DNA of 57,336 bases from positions 1 through 57,336 of the IMG/VR virus record IMGVR_UViG_3300045120_000351; one strand, 5' to 3'. Of the stretch, positions 16,633 to 26,800 are shown piece by piece. The stretch comes from a virus (Duplodnaviria; Caudoviricetes). The first letter of the stretch is position 1. Every line of letters begins with the position of its first letter. The translations under genes were made by a program, and so were the position numbers. The notes under the pieces are model-generated. The model worked only from the letters and a program-made list of their open reading frames with translations. It searched no databases and had not been told where the DNA came from.

Positions 16633-17009
16633 GTGAGTGACGCCTCTGTCTCCACGACGCAGTACTGATCACCGTCATCGCATGCGGGGCCAGCGCCGGC
16701 CTTGAAGCGGATGATTCGAGGCGCGGTGGGATGCAACAACCACTGATCAACCACGGAGATTCCGTCGGCGGTCTGCTCGACATACAGAGCGCAATGAGAA
16801 CTTCCGTCCGTTTTGTTATCGTAGCGCCCCGAGGCGTTGAATGTGGCGATGACGCATCCCTTGGGGAGATCGGCCCCCTTCACCCGGATCCCCTGGCGCA
16901 GCTTGCTCGAGTGCGGCACCAGCGGATCGACCAGCTGCACGAGTTGCATGCAATGACCGTTTCCGACCACCTTGCCGATATATTTATGGGTGTCTGCTGC
17001 AACGAACAT
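16629..17009 (-). CDS. BPSL0067/Tae-like NlpC/P60 peptidoglycan amidase, putative endolysin
   Basis: VGNGHCMQLVQ (Cys), IATFNASGRY, SHCALY (His), VVDQW; GGAGG RBS before MFVAAD. Confidence 0.75.
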   Translation of the reverse strand: MFVAADTHKYIGKVVGNGHCMQLVQLVDPLVPHSSKLRQGIRVKGADLPKGCVIATFNASGRYDNKTDGSSHCALYVEQTADGISVVDQWLLHPTAPRIIRFKAGAGPACDDGDQYCVVETEASLT

Positions 17010-17018
17010 GGTGCCTCC

Positions 17019-17222
17019 ATGAGTCGACGGAAACAAAAAGTGCGCCGCTCCGACGCCGAGACGCTGGCCAGGCAGGTCAACGACGAGCCGTGGGATCCGC
17101 CGCCAGGGATGGTCAAGGTGGTTTGCTCGGAGTGCGAGTATCTGTTCGCCTCGGACCTCAGGACGCCGCTCTGCCCAGAGTGCAGGAAGCCGCACATCCG
17201 CCACCGTGGGCCTCGGCTTTAG
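17019..17222 (+). CDS. small Zn-ribbon protein on the opposite strand
   Basis: CSECEY...CPEC; fills the gap between fibre and amidase exactly. Confidence 0.5.
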   Translation: MSRRKQKVRRSDAETLARQVNDEPWDPPPGMVKVVCSECEYLFASDLRTPLCPECRKPHIRHRGPRL

Positions 17223-18305
17223 AGCTCGGACATGGCGTCGTAGGTGCCGACGAACTGCCAATTCCCGGTGGCGATGATGGTAGTCTGAACCATCACGTCG
17301 CGAACGCTGAGAGCGGATGCAGTGAACGTGGTGTTCACGTTGAGATTACCTCCCGACGCGGCGACACCGACAGTCGGCGTAGCGCGCATAAGCGTTGGGA
17401 GATTGATGGTCATCCAGAGAGGGACGTTGCCGACGACATTCCCGCCAGCATAACTAAAGTTGCCTCTAATCCGGTAACGCTCGCACAGTGCCTGTTCATC
17501 GAGCCGGAGCTCCCATTGCGACGGCGTGTCGCCGGGTTCAAACATTGGCTTGGAGACAACGGCGCCGGTATTGAATTCGACTGTCACGTTGGTGCCACCG
17601 ACGATGCCGGTGACCGTGATCGGGCTGGCGGCATAAGTGCCAGCGTTGACACGGGCTTGGCCGCTCCCTGTCCAACTCAGGGTATAAGTCCCGCCCTCGA
17701 TATTAGCGCCATCGATGATCTGTTGGATGGTGCCAGCGGTCACGGTGACGGTCGTGGCAGGCCTCGCTGCCGTGAACGTAAGAGTGGCGCCACCCGCGCC
17801 TGTCTTCCATCGATCGAAGATATTGTAGAAGCTGCCGAGGAGATTGGAGCCGCTGATATAATTCCCTTGGTTGATTTGGAAGCCCGAGTTGATCAGGCGA
17901 TTGCGGTGTCCTGAGAGCGGACCCTGGTTCTGCGTCGGCGACGAGATGTCGTAAGGCACCTTGAGTCGGCCGCTCGCCGGGTCGCGGTAGACACTGCGTT
18001 CGCCTGGAATCTCCGGGTAGACGTAAACTGGAAGCGTATTGAAATTGATCTTGGCGGTGGACCCGGCTGATGTCCAAAGCACTGTGTCGCGCGTCAGCGT
18101 GCCTGCGCCAGTGTATGTGCCATACCCCCATTCCTGGCGTGTCATCCGCGATATAGAAGACCTGGCTCCCGCCTGCCCACCATCCTGCAGCGACACCAAA
18201 GGACCATGACAGGCGACCTTTCACAGGTGTGCCGCCGACAGTGAAAGCCCCAGTGCCAGGGGCCGGCACCAATTCTAAAACGAAGTTGCCGATTTTCTCT
18301 GCCAT
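17219..18305 (-). pseudogene. tail fibre/receptor-binding protein 2, frameshifted near 18137
   Basis: N-terminus (MAEKIGNF...YIADDT) and remainder (RQEWGYG...) are in different frames, and both align colinearly to intact paralog 18319..19434. Confidence 0.8.
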
Positions 18306-18318
18306 ATCTTACATCCGA

Positions 18319-19434
18319 TCAGGAAAGCAGTTCGGCAATCGCGGTGTACTGACCGGCGAAGTGCCAATTGCCAATACCGTTGATGGCGGTCTGGACCTGG
18401 ACATCGCGATTGCTGAGAGGGGATGCAGTGTAGATTCCATTTACGTTGGTCGATCCGGTCGATGTAGCGGTGACACTCGGCAGGGCGCGCATGGTCGTCG
18501 GCAAATACATCGTGAACCACAGAGGCGTGTTGGCGATGTTGCTGTAGCCTGCGTACTCGAAATTTCCGACGATGCGATACCGCTCGCACAGCTTCTGCTC
18601 GTTGAGCCGCACCTCCCACTGCGTTGCGACATCGCCGGGTTCAAACTGCGGTTTTGAGACAATGGAAAAGTTGTTGAGTTCGATCTTCACGTCGGTGCCG
18701 GCGATGACGCCGTTGATGGTGAACGGACTGGCGAGGTACGCGCTTGTGACGGTGCCGCTGCCGCCTGTGTAGGTGATGCGTGCGGAGCCTGACCCAGACC
18801 ACGACAAGGTGTAAGTCCCGCCCTCGATATTAGCGCCATCGATGACTTGCTCGACGGTGCCGATGATGGTGACGATGGTGACAGGCTTCTGCGCCGTGAA
18901 GGTAAATCCGCCACCATTCGGCCCGGTCCTCCAGCGGTCGAACAGCGTGTACTGATGCGACGCGAGATTGTTGACGCCGCTGGTGTAGCCATTCTGGTTG
19001 ATCTGGAATCCCGAGTTGATGATCCGGTTGCGATGCCCCGCGAGTTGCCCCTGGTTCTGCGTCGGTGATGCGATGTCGTAAGGCGCTCGCAGCCGGCCGC
19101 TCGCCGGATCGCGGTACACCGAGCGCTCGGCAGGGGTATCGGGATAGACGTACACTGGCTGTGTGAAGTTGAGCTTCGCTGTGCTGCCGGCGCTGGTCCA
19201 CAGCACCGTGTCTCGCGTCAGCGAGCCGGCCGAGTAGGTGCCGAGACCCCACTCCTGCTTCGTCGTGTCATTGGCGAAATACATCACCGACGCTGGCGTG
19301 ACGAACCATCCGGCCGCAACGCCAAATGACCATGGCTGACGCCCGCTGACCGACGGCGTGCTACTGAGCACGAAGTTGCCGCTGCCGGGCGCCGGCACCA
19401 ACTCCACTATCATTGTGCCGACGCGCTCGACCAT
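18319..19434 (-). CDS. tail fibre/receptor-binding protein 1
   Basis: EWGLGTYSAGSLTRDTVL anchor; NRIINSGFQINQ...DRW...PQFEPG...LCERY domain. Confidence 0.8.
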   Translation of the reverse strand: MVERVGTMIVELVPAPGSGNFVLSSTPSVSGRQPWSFGVAAGWFVTPASVMYFANDTTKQEWGLGTYSAGSLTRDTVLWTSAGSTAKLNFTQPVYVYPDTPAERSVYRDPASGRLRAPYDIASPTQNQGQLAGHRNRIINSGFQINQNGYTSGVNNLASHQYTLFDRWRTGPNGGGFTFTAQKPVTIVTIIGTVEQVIDGANIEGGTYTLSWSGSGSARITYTGGSGTVTSAYLASPFTINGVIAGTDVKIELNNFSIVSKPQFEPGDVATQWEVRLNEQKLCERYRIVGNFEYAGYSNIANTPLWFTMYLPTTMRALPSVTATSTGSTNVNGIYTASPLSNRDVQVQTAINGIGNWHFAGQYTAIAELLS

Positions 19435-20210
19435 TACATGCGCTCAGTCAATTGGCCGGACCACGAGCGACGGTCAGCTGTGCCGTATGGAAACTTGATA
19501 TCGGCGGTTGATTTGAGGCGGCCGAATATCGCCTCGCTCGCCATGTTCGCGGACGTGTTGTCCGGCACCACCAGGATGTTGCCGCCGCCAGCTGCAGCAC
19601 GCAGCATCGCGTCGAGCGAAGGCCAGAGCTCGGACGTCGACCTCACGCCCTGCATGTCCAAGTCCCAGCGCCGGCGCTGGTAGCGATAGACCGGGTATTC
19701 CTGCCCGCCGCGTGACACGAGCTCGTCGGTCGTGACGTCGCGGCCGTAGCTGGTGGCGAAGGAAAGCGCCGACAGTGGCGACCACGCCGGGCCCGCGAAT
19801 GCCAGGGCGACGTTGACGAATCCGTCGGGGTTGCCGGCATCGGTGATGGTGACAGTGGCGTAGTCGCCGGTCACGCCGCCGGTGTCGACGACGATCTGGC
19901 CGCTACCGAGCACGGGACCGCTGACCTGGCGCGACCACTGCAGCGAGGCCGGGTTGGTGTAGACGGAGAAAAGCAGCGTCGCGCCGGAGGTAATGTTGGT
20001 GCGAAACAACCCGAGCAGCCGGAAGCTCTGCTGCGTCACCGGTGCAGTGATGGTGAGCACGATGCCGCTGCGGATCGTGGTCTGCCAGCCATCGGCAGCG
20101 GCGCCGCTGTCGCCCTGTATGTTGGTGACGGGAAACGCTGCAGCGGCGTTGTTCGACGTCACCACGCCGCTCTTCACAAAATTTGAGTAGCCCAGGAGTG
20201 CATAGGTCAT
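19434..20210 (-). CDS. minor tail protein (distal-tail-like)
   Basis: Position after the hub; SRGGQEY...RRRW...EAIFGRL. Confidence 0.65.
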   Translation of the reverse strand: MTYALLGYSNFVKSGVVTSNNAAAAFPVTNIQGDSGAAADGWQTTIRSGIVLTITAPVTQQSFRLLGLFRTNITSGATLLFSVYTNPASLQWSRQVSGPVLGSGQIVVDTGGVTGDYATVTITDAGNPDGFVNVALAFAGPAWSPLSALSFATSYGRDVTTDELVSRGGQEYPVYRYQRRRWDLDMQGVRSTSELWPSLDAMLRAAAGGGNILVVPDNTSANMASEAIFGRLKSTADIKFPYGTADRRSWSGQLTERM

Positions 20211-23200
20211 ACCAGGAGTCTCAAGGTTATCGACGAGTCCTCAGACTTGTAGCTGTAGCCAACGACCTGGCTCATCACAGTGCCGGTCAGGTCGCCAGCG
20301 TCAGCCGTGATGGAAACCACGTCGCCATATTCGAGCGCGATGCCCACCGTGAATGGCACCACGATGCCGTAGGTTTGGCGCCGCACGCCCCACAGCTTGA
20401 TGTATGTGTCAGCCGCCGCCTGCGCCGACAGCTGCGCGTTCAACACGACGCCGGAGTCGACGATCGAGCCGGAGATGATCGGCGGATCATTGGTGCGCGC
20501 GTTGGCTGAGTAGTTTGCTGGCGCATTCGACTGCGCGATGCTTTGCTCTGTGGCCAGATACTGCTTCCGCGTGGCGTCTACCAACGGGCTGAGATCGGTC
20601 GTTTGGACTGTGTAATTGTCGTTGTAACCAACCCTCATCCTATACGGTATGGGCGAGACGCCGGCAGGCAGCGCGATCGGTGTGATCGAGACGATCGTGC
20701 GGTCGTCGAGCGTAGCCTTGGGAGTGGGATGCGCAGGCAGCGCTGCGATGCAGTATGCGCGCAACAGTCCGTCCCTGCAGGCAACGAGCTTGACGCCGAG
20801 CGGCGCGAGGATGCGCGTGAGGAGCGTGAGCCCGTCGATCGAATCACCCGGAGCGAGGTACAGCGCACAGCCTGCACCAACCGGCGCGGTGGCACCGACG
20901 GCAGCGAGACTGTTGCCGTTCATCGCCAGAAGGCTTGCCGGCACGCCGCACAGCGTCGTCAGCGCGTAAGCCGCGACCGCGAGCGTGTCGGGGCTGACGG
21001 GCGCAGGCGTGCCCGGGAGCGTTGCGCCATTGACGTCACAGGTGATCGCGTAGGTTGGTGTGCTGCCGAGTTGAAAACAGCCGCGCGCCAGGCAGGTCCG
21101 GTAAGAGCCCGAGGGCGTGGAGCCCACGTAGAGATCAGGGACGTCGCCGGCGAATGCCCACCCGCCGCCTTTGCCGCCTTCGTAGAGCGTGGCCAGCTTG
21201 CCGATCGCGCCGTCGCTCACCTGGTAGATTAGGGCGGGCGGATCGATCAGCACCGGCGTGATGTTGTGCGCCGGGCCATACATCGTGATCGTCCCCTGCC
21301 CGCCGCCGATCACCAGCGGCTTCAGTGACCCCGTCAACGCCGTTGTCCCGTCGTACTGGCCGGTCCCGCCATAGGTCGCTCGGACCAGCGGCCGCTCGAG
21401 CCAGTAGGATGCGTCCCGCAGCGGGATCGTGATCTGCGTATCGTCGCTGGTGATGGTGCCAGCAACGCCGTTGAAGGCGGGGACCAGGCTCGCATAGGGC
21501 GGGTCGATCAAGATGTTCCGCGCCGTGTAGAGGTTGTCCGCGTCCCGCACGGCGGGTGTGGTGGCGGGCGGAATGAACGAAGTCATCGCGCCCCTGTCGA
21601 CCTCAAGCTGCCAGCCGCTGGTGTAGACGACGTCGCCGGCGATTTGGGGATAGATGCGCAGCACGAGCACAGGGGCAGTACTGCCGGCCGCGATCGTCGC
21701 CGTGCACGATACCCGCTGCCACTGATCGACCAAGGCCAGGCTGGTGTTGCTGTAGACCGCGTTGGCGACGCCGGTGCCTTCGATGTGGAGATGGCAGAGC
21801 GTTTTGTTGCTCGCCATGGAGGAGGGGATCCAGATCCAGGCAGAAGCCCTGAGTGCCATACCGGTCGAGGGGACCACGCACCCGATCATGCCGGAATTGG
21901 AATCGGTGCCGGTCGTCGTGCGCACATGCTTCCACACTGGTCTTGCCGCATAGACCGCTGGCACGTCTGTCGAGGCCGCGACACCGACACCGGTGATCGG
22001 GCCTGGCACCCCCGTCGACAGGACGTAGTTGGTCGCGGCGAGCTCGTTAAGCGTGACCGGCGCGTCGGTGATGGTGTAGGTCGCCGCCCGCGATACCGGG
22101 CCCGTGGTGGTGGGGACGAAGGAGGACGCCACCGTGCCGCCCTCAAGCTGCGGAGCCATCAGCCGCATGGTGAAGTCGATCGCGGCGCCACTCGCGTAGC
22201 TGATCCACAACGAGGGAGAGAGAGAGCGCGTCGTCGCCTGTGCGGTGACGATCGAAGCGATGCGACGGCTGCGCCAGATGACGTTTGTGTTGAGTGGCTT
22301 CGCGGTCTCTGCGGGGAACGCCAGGAACGCTCCGACGCTGTCGGTCTCCTGCACACCGAGCGTGAAGCTGACGCCGGCCTGCGATCCGGCAATGAACGAG
22401 GCATAGACGCTCACGGTCCAAGCCTGGCTCTGGCAGGCATCGACGCCGGCGCAGAAATGGAGGTTGGTCAGCGTGCTGGTCGCGGTGCCGAAAAACCGGA
22501 TGTCGATGAACTTGTATCCGGTCGTCGCGTCAGTGCCTGTTTGCGTGATCTGCTGCGAGATGCCGCCGCCCAGGTTGACGGACCACCCGTTTGGCAGCGT
22601 CCCAGGCGTGCCCACGACGAGCCCGGTCATGTCCGAGGTGGGTATGTAGTTCACGCCGCCGTCGCCGTGAGTCACGTCGCCAGCGGTCGTGGCGATGTAG
22701 GCTGTCGGCACCGTCCCACGCTCCAGCTGCGGCGCGCAGACGTCGAGCGTGAAGTCGACCGCGCTGCCCGTCGGCCAGTAGAAGATGAGCGAGGGGTTTG
22801 ACGTCGCGAATGGCTGGTTGCCGGTCGCCGGCATATTGGCCGTGCGGAAGAGCCTGGTCAGCGTCGTCGGGAAGCCCGGCAGGATGTTGGGCTGGGCGAC
22901 GCCGACGGCTATCGCGGTCGCATCGTAAAGCACCAGGTAGTGCGTCAGCTGCGTGAGGTTGGCGAACGAGCCGGCGACGAGGGCGACGTAGAGCGACTGC
23001 GCGATCGACTGGCTGTAGAGCAGACCGGACATGCTGCCGGTCGTGCCGTACGATACAGAGCCCGACGTCGCTGTGGTGATTCCGTGGAACCGCAACCGTA
23101 CCACCGTCGCGGCGCCGAGCCCGGGGAGCGTAGCACGGTAGCTCGAGACGTCGGTAGCCAGGCCAGGCACGTTGACGGTCCAGGCGGGCGGCATGGCGCC

Positions 23201-23806
23201 GCCGGATCCGATCGTGCCCGTCACCGAGCCGCCGCCGGCCGAGTTGCGGATGACGTTGGTGGAATTGGCGTCGATGGTGATCGCGCTCGCGTAGTCCTGG
23301 CGCAGTGTCGCCGGCGCGGCGGTTTGCACGACGTTGTTGGGATCGACGCGCGTCCCGGCCGCTGTCCTGGCGCTGGCATAGCCGTCGAAGGCCTCGAGCG
23401 TCTTCTGGCCGTACAGGATCTTGGTGGCGAGACTGTCGGCGAACCAGCCGCCGGTCAGGATGCTGTCATATCGGCTGTCGTTGTTGGCGAGCTTGATCGC
23501 GCCCCATCCTGCGCCGACAGCCGACGCCGCCGGGTCAAGGTTCACCAGCGCGTCGACGGCAAACGCCTCCTGCACCCGAGGAGGATATGCCTGAGGCCCA
23601 CCCGGATCGGAGGGGCGCGAGCAATACCCCGAGTCCGAGGCATAGATGGTCGCGTTGTTGGTGATGCCCCCGCCGCTCGCGCTTTCCTGCTGCGTCAGGG
23701 CGCCATGCGGCCGGGTGGCGTGCCCCAGCGTGAAGTTGGTGGATGTCACCCCCGAGGTGGCGGGCGCGGCGAGCGTCTGCTCGATCGCGAAGAAGTAGTT
23801 GATCAT
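20207..23806 (-). CDS. tail tip/hub protein with inserted beta-sandwich domains
   Basis: Follows tape measure; repeated PQLE.G...T.YI.TT motifs; C-terminal LEYGDVVSIT. Confidence 0.75.
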   Translation of the reverse strand: MINYFFAIEQTLAAPATSGVTSTNFTLGHATRPHGALTQQESASGGGITNNATIYASDSGYCSRPSDPGGPQAYPPRVQEAFAVDALVNLDPAASAVGAGWGAIKLANNDSRYDSILTGGWFADSLATKILYGQKTLEAFDGYASARTAAGTRVDPNNVVQTAAPATLRQDYASAITIDANSTNVIRNSAGGGSVTGTIGSGGAMPPAWTVNVPGLATDVSSYRATLPGLGAATVVRLRFHGITTATSGSVSYGTTGSMSGLLYSQSIAQSLYVALVAGSFANLTQLTHYLVLYDATAIAVGVAQPNILPGFPTTLTRLFRTANMPATGNQPFATSNPSLIFYWPTGSAVDFTLDVCAPQLERGTVPTAYIATTAGDVTHGDGGVNYIPTSDMTGLVVGTPGTLPNGWSVNLGGGISQQITQTGTDATTGYKFIDIRFFGTATSTLTNLHFCAGVDACQSQAWTVSVYASFIAGSQAGVSFTLGVQETDSVGAFLAFPAETAKPLNTNVIWRSRRIASIVTAQATTRSLSPSLWISYASGAAIDFTMRLMAPQLEGGTVASSFVPTTTGPVSRAATYTITDAPVTLNELAATNYVLSTGVPGPITGVGVAASTDVPAVYAARPVWKHVRTTTGTDSNSGMIGCVVPSTGMALRASAWIWIPSSMASNKTLCHLHIEGTGVANAVYSNTSLALVDQWQRVSCTATIAAGSTAPVLVLRIYPQIAGDVVYTSGWQLEVDRGAMTSFIPPATTPAVRDADNLYTARNILIDPPYASLVPAFNGVAGTITSDDTQITIPLRDASYWLERPLVRATYGGTGQYDGTTALTGSLKPLVIGGGQGTITMYGPAHNITPVLIDPPALIYQVSDGAIGKLATLYEGGKGGGWAFAGDVPDLYVGSTPSGSYRTCLARGCFQLGSTPTYAITCDVNGATLPGTPAPVSPDTLAVAAYALTTLCGVPASLLAMNGNSLAAVGATAPVGAGCALYLAPGDSIDGLTLLTRILAPLGVKLVACRDGLLRAYCIAALPAHPTPKATLDDRTIVSITPIALPAGVSPIPYRMRVGYNDNYTVQTTDLSPLVDATRKQYLATEQSIAQSNAPANYSANARTNDPPIISGSIVDSGVVLNAQLSAQAAADTYIKLWGVRRQTYGIVVPFTVGIALEYGDVVSITADAGDLTGTVMSQVVGYSYKSEDSSITLRLLV

Positions 23807-26800
23807 GAGACCCGCGCCGGCGCCGAGGTGCCCTGTGCGACCTGCAGCCGCAGCGCGACGACCTCATCCTTCAGTTCCTGCAGCTGCTCGACCAGGATCG
23901 CGGTCTGCGACCTGGTCTCCTGCTGCAGCACCGATGCGGTCAGCATGTCCGGCGTCTGCGTGCTGATATCCGCCAGCGTGCTGATCACCTCGCTGAACGC
24001 CTTCACGTAGTCTATGCCGGAGCCGTACACCGTGTGGGCGGCCGCGAGGTACGTCTCGGAATAGTTCTGCAGCGTTTGGATCGCGCCGTAGTCGCCACTA
24101 CTGGCCAAGCCGGACTGGGTCTGGAACTGACTCTTGGCGAGATCGAGTTGTGCCAGCGGCGACAGTGGCGACTTATCCGACGTCTGCAGCGTCTTGGAGT
24201 ACTCCACCAGCGAGGCGATCGACGCCTCGGCCGTGCTCGTAAGCGCATCCTGTTGCTGCTTCTCGAGCTCCAAGCGCTCCTCGCCTTGCGCCTTCACCAA
24301 GGCATTGATCTTGTCGCCGTATTCCGCAGTGAGCGCATAGGCGTCGCCGTACGTGTTGGTCAGCGACAAATAGAGATTGGTGAGCTCTTCCCGGGCCGCC
24401 TCGTCCTGTTGCGCGAGCGCTGCGGCATTCTTGTCGGCCGTGCTGCCGGTGACCGCTGCGTGGGCGGTTTGGTAGCGCTGTGCAAAGCCCGCGTTCTGAT
24501 TCGCACTGTCGATCGTCAGCTGCCGCAGTTGCCGGTTGATGGTCTGCTGCGCCGATTGCATCTCGGCAGTTTGTGCTTCCTGCAGCGACCCGACCTTGCC
24601 GTAGTACTCCGCCGTGGTCGTGTAGGCATCACCGTACGTCGATGCCAGACCCTCCTTCAGATTCTGCATCTCTTCGACTTGCTGCACATAGAGTGCCGAC
24701 AAGGAGGCGCTTGCCACCGCGATCGGATCGCGGCTGATCGCCGCTCGCGCGGTGTCCCGCCGGGTGGTGAAGCCGATGTCCTGCTGCCAGCTGGAAATCG
24801 CCTGCTGCCGCAGCCGCTGGTTCAGAGTCTGCTCGAGCACCAGGCGCTCCTGGCCTTGCACCGCGATAAGGTTATTCAGCTTGCGATAGTACTCTTCAGA
24901 GACTGTGTAGGCGTCGCCGTAGGAGTCGCGCGCCTGGGTATAGAAGTCCTGCGTCTCCTGCTGCGCCGCGACATCGAACTTGTAATAAGCCGCCTGCGCG
25001 CCTGCAGCCGTCGGATAGAGCGCGGCCGATGCTGCCGCAGAGCGCACGGTCAGCCCCTGGTCCTGCCGCGTGCTGGCGATTTGCAGATTCAGGTTCTGCC
25101 GAGCGATCGTCTGATTAAGCTGCGCCATCTCGTAAGTCTGGGAGGTCATCAGATTGCCGAGCTTTTCGTAGTAGTTCGGATCGGCACTCTGGAAAGCGTC
25201 GCCAAATGTCTGCTTTTCGCTCTCTGTATAGGCGCGAAGTTCCGCCGCCTGGGTTCTCTGCAGGTTTACCTGCTGCGCGTACGCGATCTGATGCGGATCG
25301 CCGGAAAGCGTCGCTATCGAGGTGGTTGCCCTGGATCGCAGCGTCTCAAGCTGCTCGTAGCTCGCCTTCATCAGCGTTTCGGTCTGCTTATTGAATGCGG
25401 TGAGGATCGCGAGCCGCTCCTCGGCTGTGGCTTTGTCATCCTCGGCCATGCGGTTCTGGTAGTCGGCAGACGTCTCCGCAGCGTCGCCCCAAATGCCCAA
25501 CAAGGTCTGGGACAGTTGCTGGTGCGCCTGCTTCGCCTGGGTATCAAACGACACAAGCTGCGATGTCAGGGCGTCGTCTCGGCTGCCGGTGACGTTTGCG
25601 CGGGCCGCGAAGTACCGGGTGTTAACGGAGGCCGCCGTCGCATCGATCTGTTGGTTCGCCGCGATCTGGTTCTTCTCGTACAACTTCTGCCGCGCGGCGA
25701 GCAGATCGTCGTAGCCAAAGCCGAGTTGCTGCGCTGTGCCCAACGCTTCGCCATATTGCGCGGTGACCTGGTCCTGCGCGACCGCGAGCGAGCCACGGTT
25801 GCCCTGCGTCAGCGTCGGGAATGTCGCGGTGATGAAGGTCGCCGCTTTCTGCAGCGCGGGCTGCACATCGGTGTTCGCCGCGCCGGCCAGCGCACGCATG
25901 GCGATACCAGCGGTATCGCTCTCGGCCTTGGTGCCCTTCAGCGCATTCTCGAAATCCCGCAACGATGTCGTGACGCCACCGAGCTCTTCCGGCGACTGGA
26001 ACAGACGACCCTGGATGAACTGGTTGGTGAGTTGATCTGACGATGAGAACCGCAAGAACGGGAACGCAGCGCCAAAGTCGCTGTGCTTGCTTGGATCCTG
26101 GAATCCGCCGGGCGTATTCTGCCCGATCTGTAGATACGGAGCGCCGGTGTTCGCGCCTTCCAGGCTGCTAACCCGTAGACCGCCCTTGGTCAGCATGTCG
26201 TTGATCGCGGCAGCGGCACCGATCGCGGCGGCGCGCTCGCCGGAAGCGTTCACCCGCTGGGCCGTTGTGCCCCCGACCTGCAGCAACCCTTGGGCGTCCG
26301 TCGTGACCATGGTGGAGGAGAACGCGCTGGGGGCCTTCGGCCCGATCAGCCCGCCGGCCGCGCCGCCGATCGAGCCACCGATCAGCGCGCCGACCAGGAG
26401 CGAGGTGCCAAACGTGGCGGGGGCTAGCGCCACGGCGCCGATGCCGATCGCAGTGCCGAGGGCAGCGCCGACCTCTGGGCCAGGACCGGTCTTGCCGGTC
26501 GCCCCCTGCACATATGAGCCGATCAGCGAACCAGCACCGTAGCCCGCGCCAGCGGCCCCGATGACGCCGCCGAGCGTGACTGTCCCCGGCAGACCGGCGC
26601 CACCGGCCGCGAGCCCAGAGGTCACAGGTCCAGCCTGCGAGGAGACGACCAGAGGCGTGTTGAGGAAGCTCGTGACGCCACTGAGCGCCCCGCTCTCGCC
26701 GGTGAGCCCGAGCGATTCGCCAAGGTTGCCAAAGATGCTGCTGCCGCTGCCGCCGAGACTGAACGTGTCCGGGAAGAGCGCCTTGCCCACACTGAACAGC

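Noticed and set aside
17219-19434. Diversity-generating retroelement suggested by duplicated fibre tips
   Set aside because: No reverse transcriptase seen, and the differences between copies are not confined to adenines
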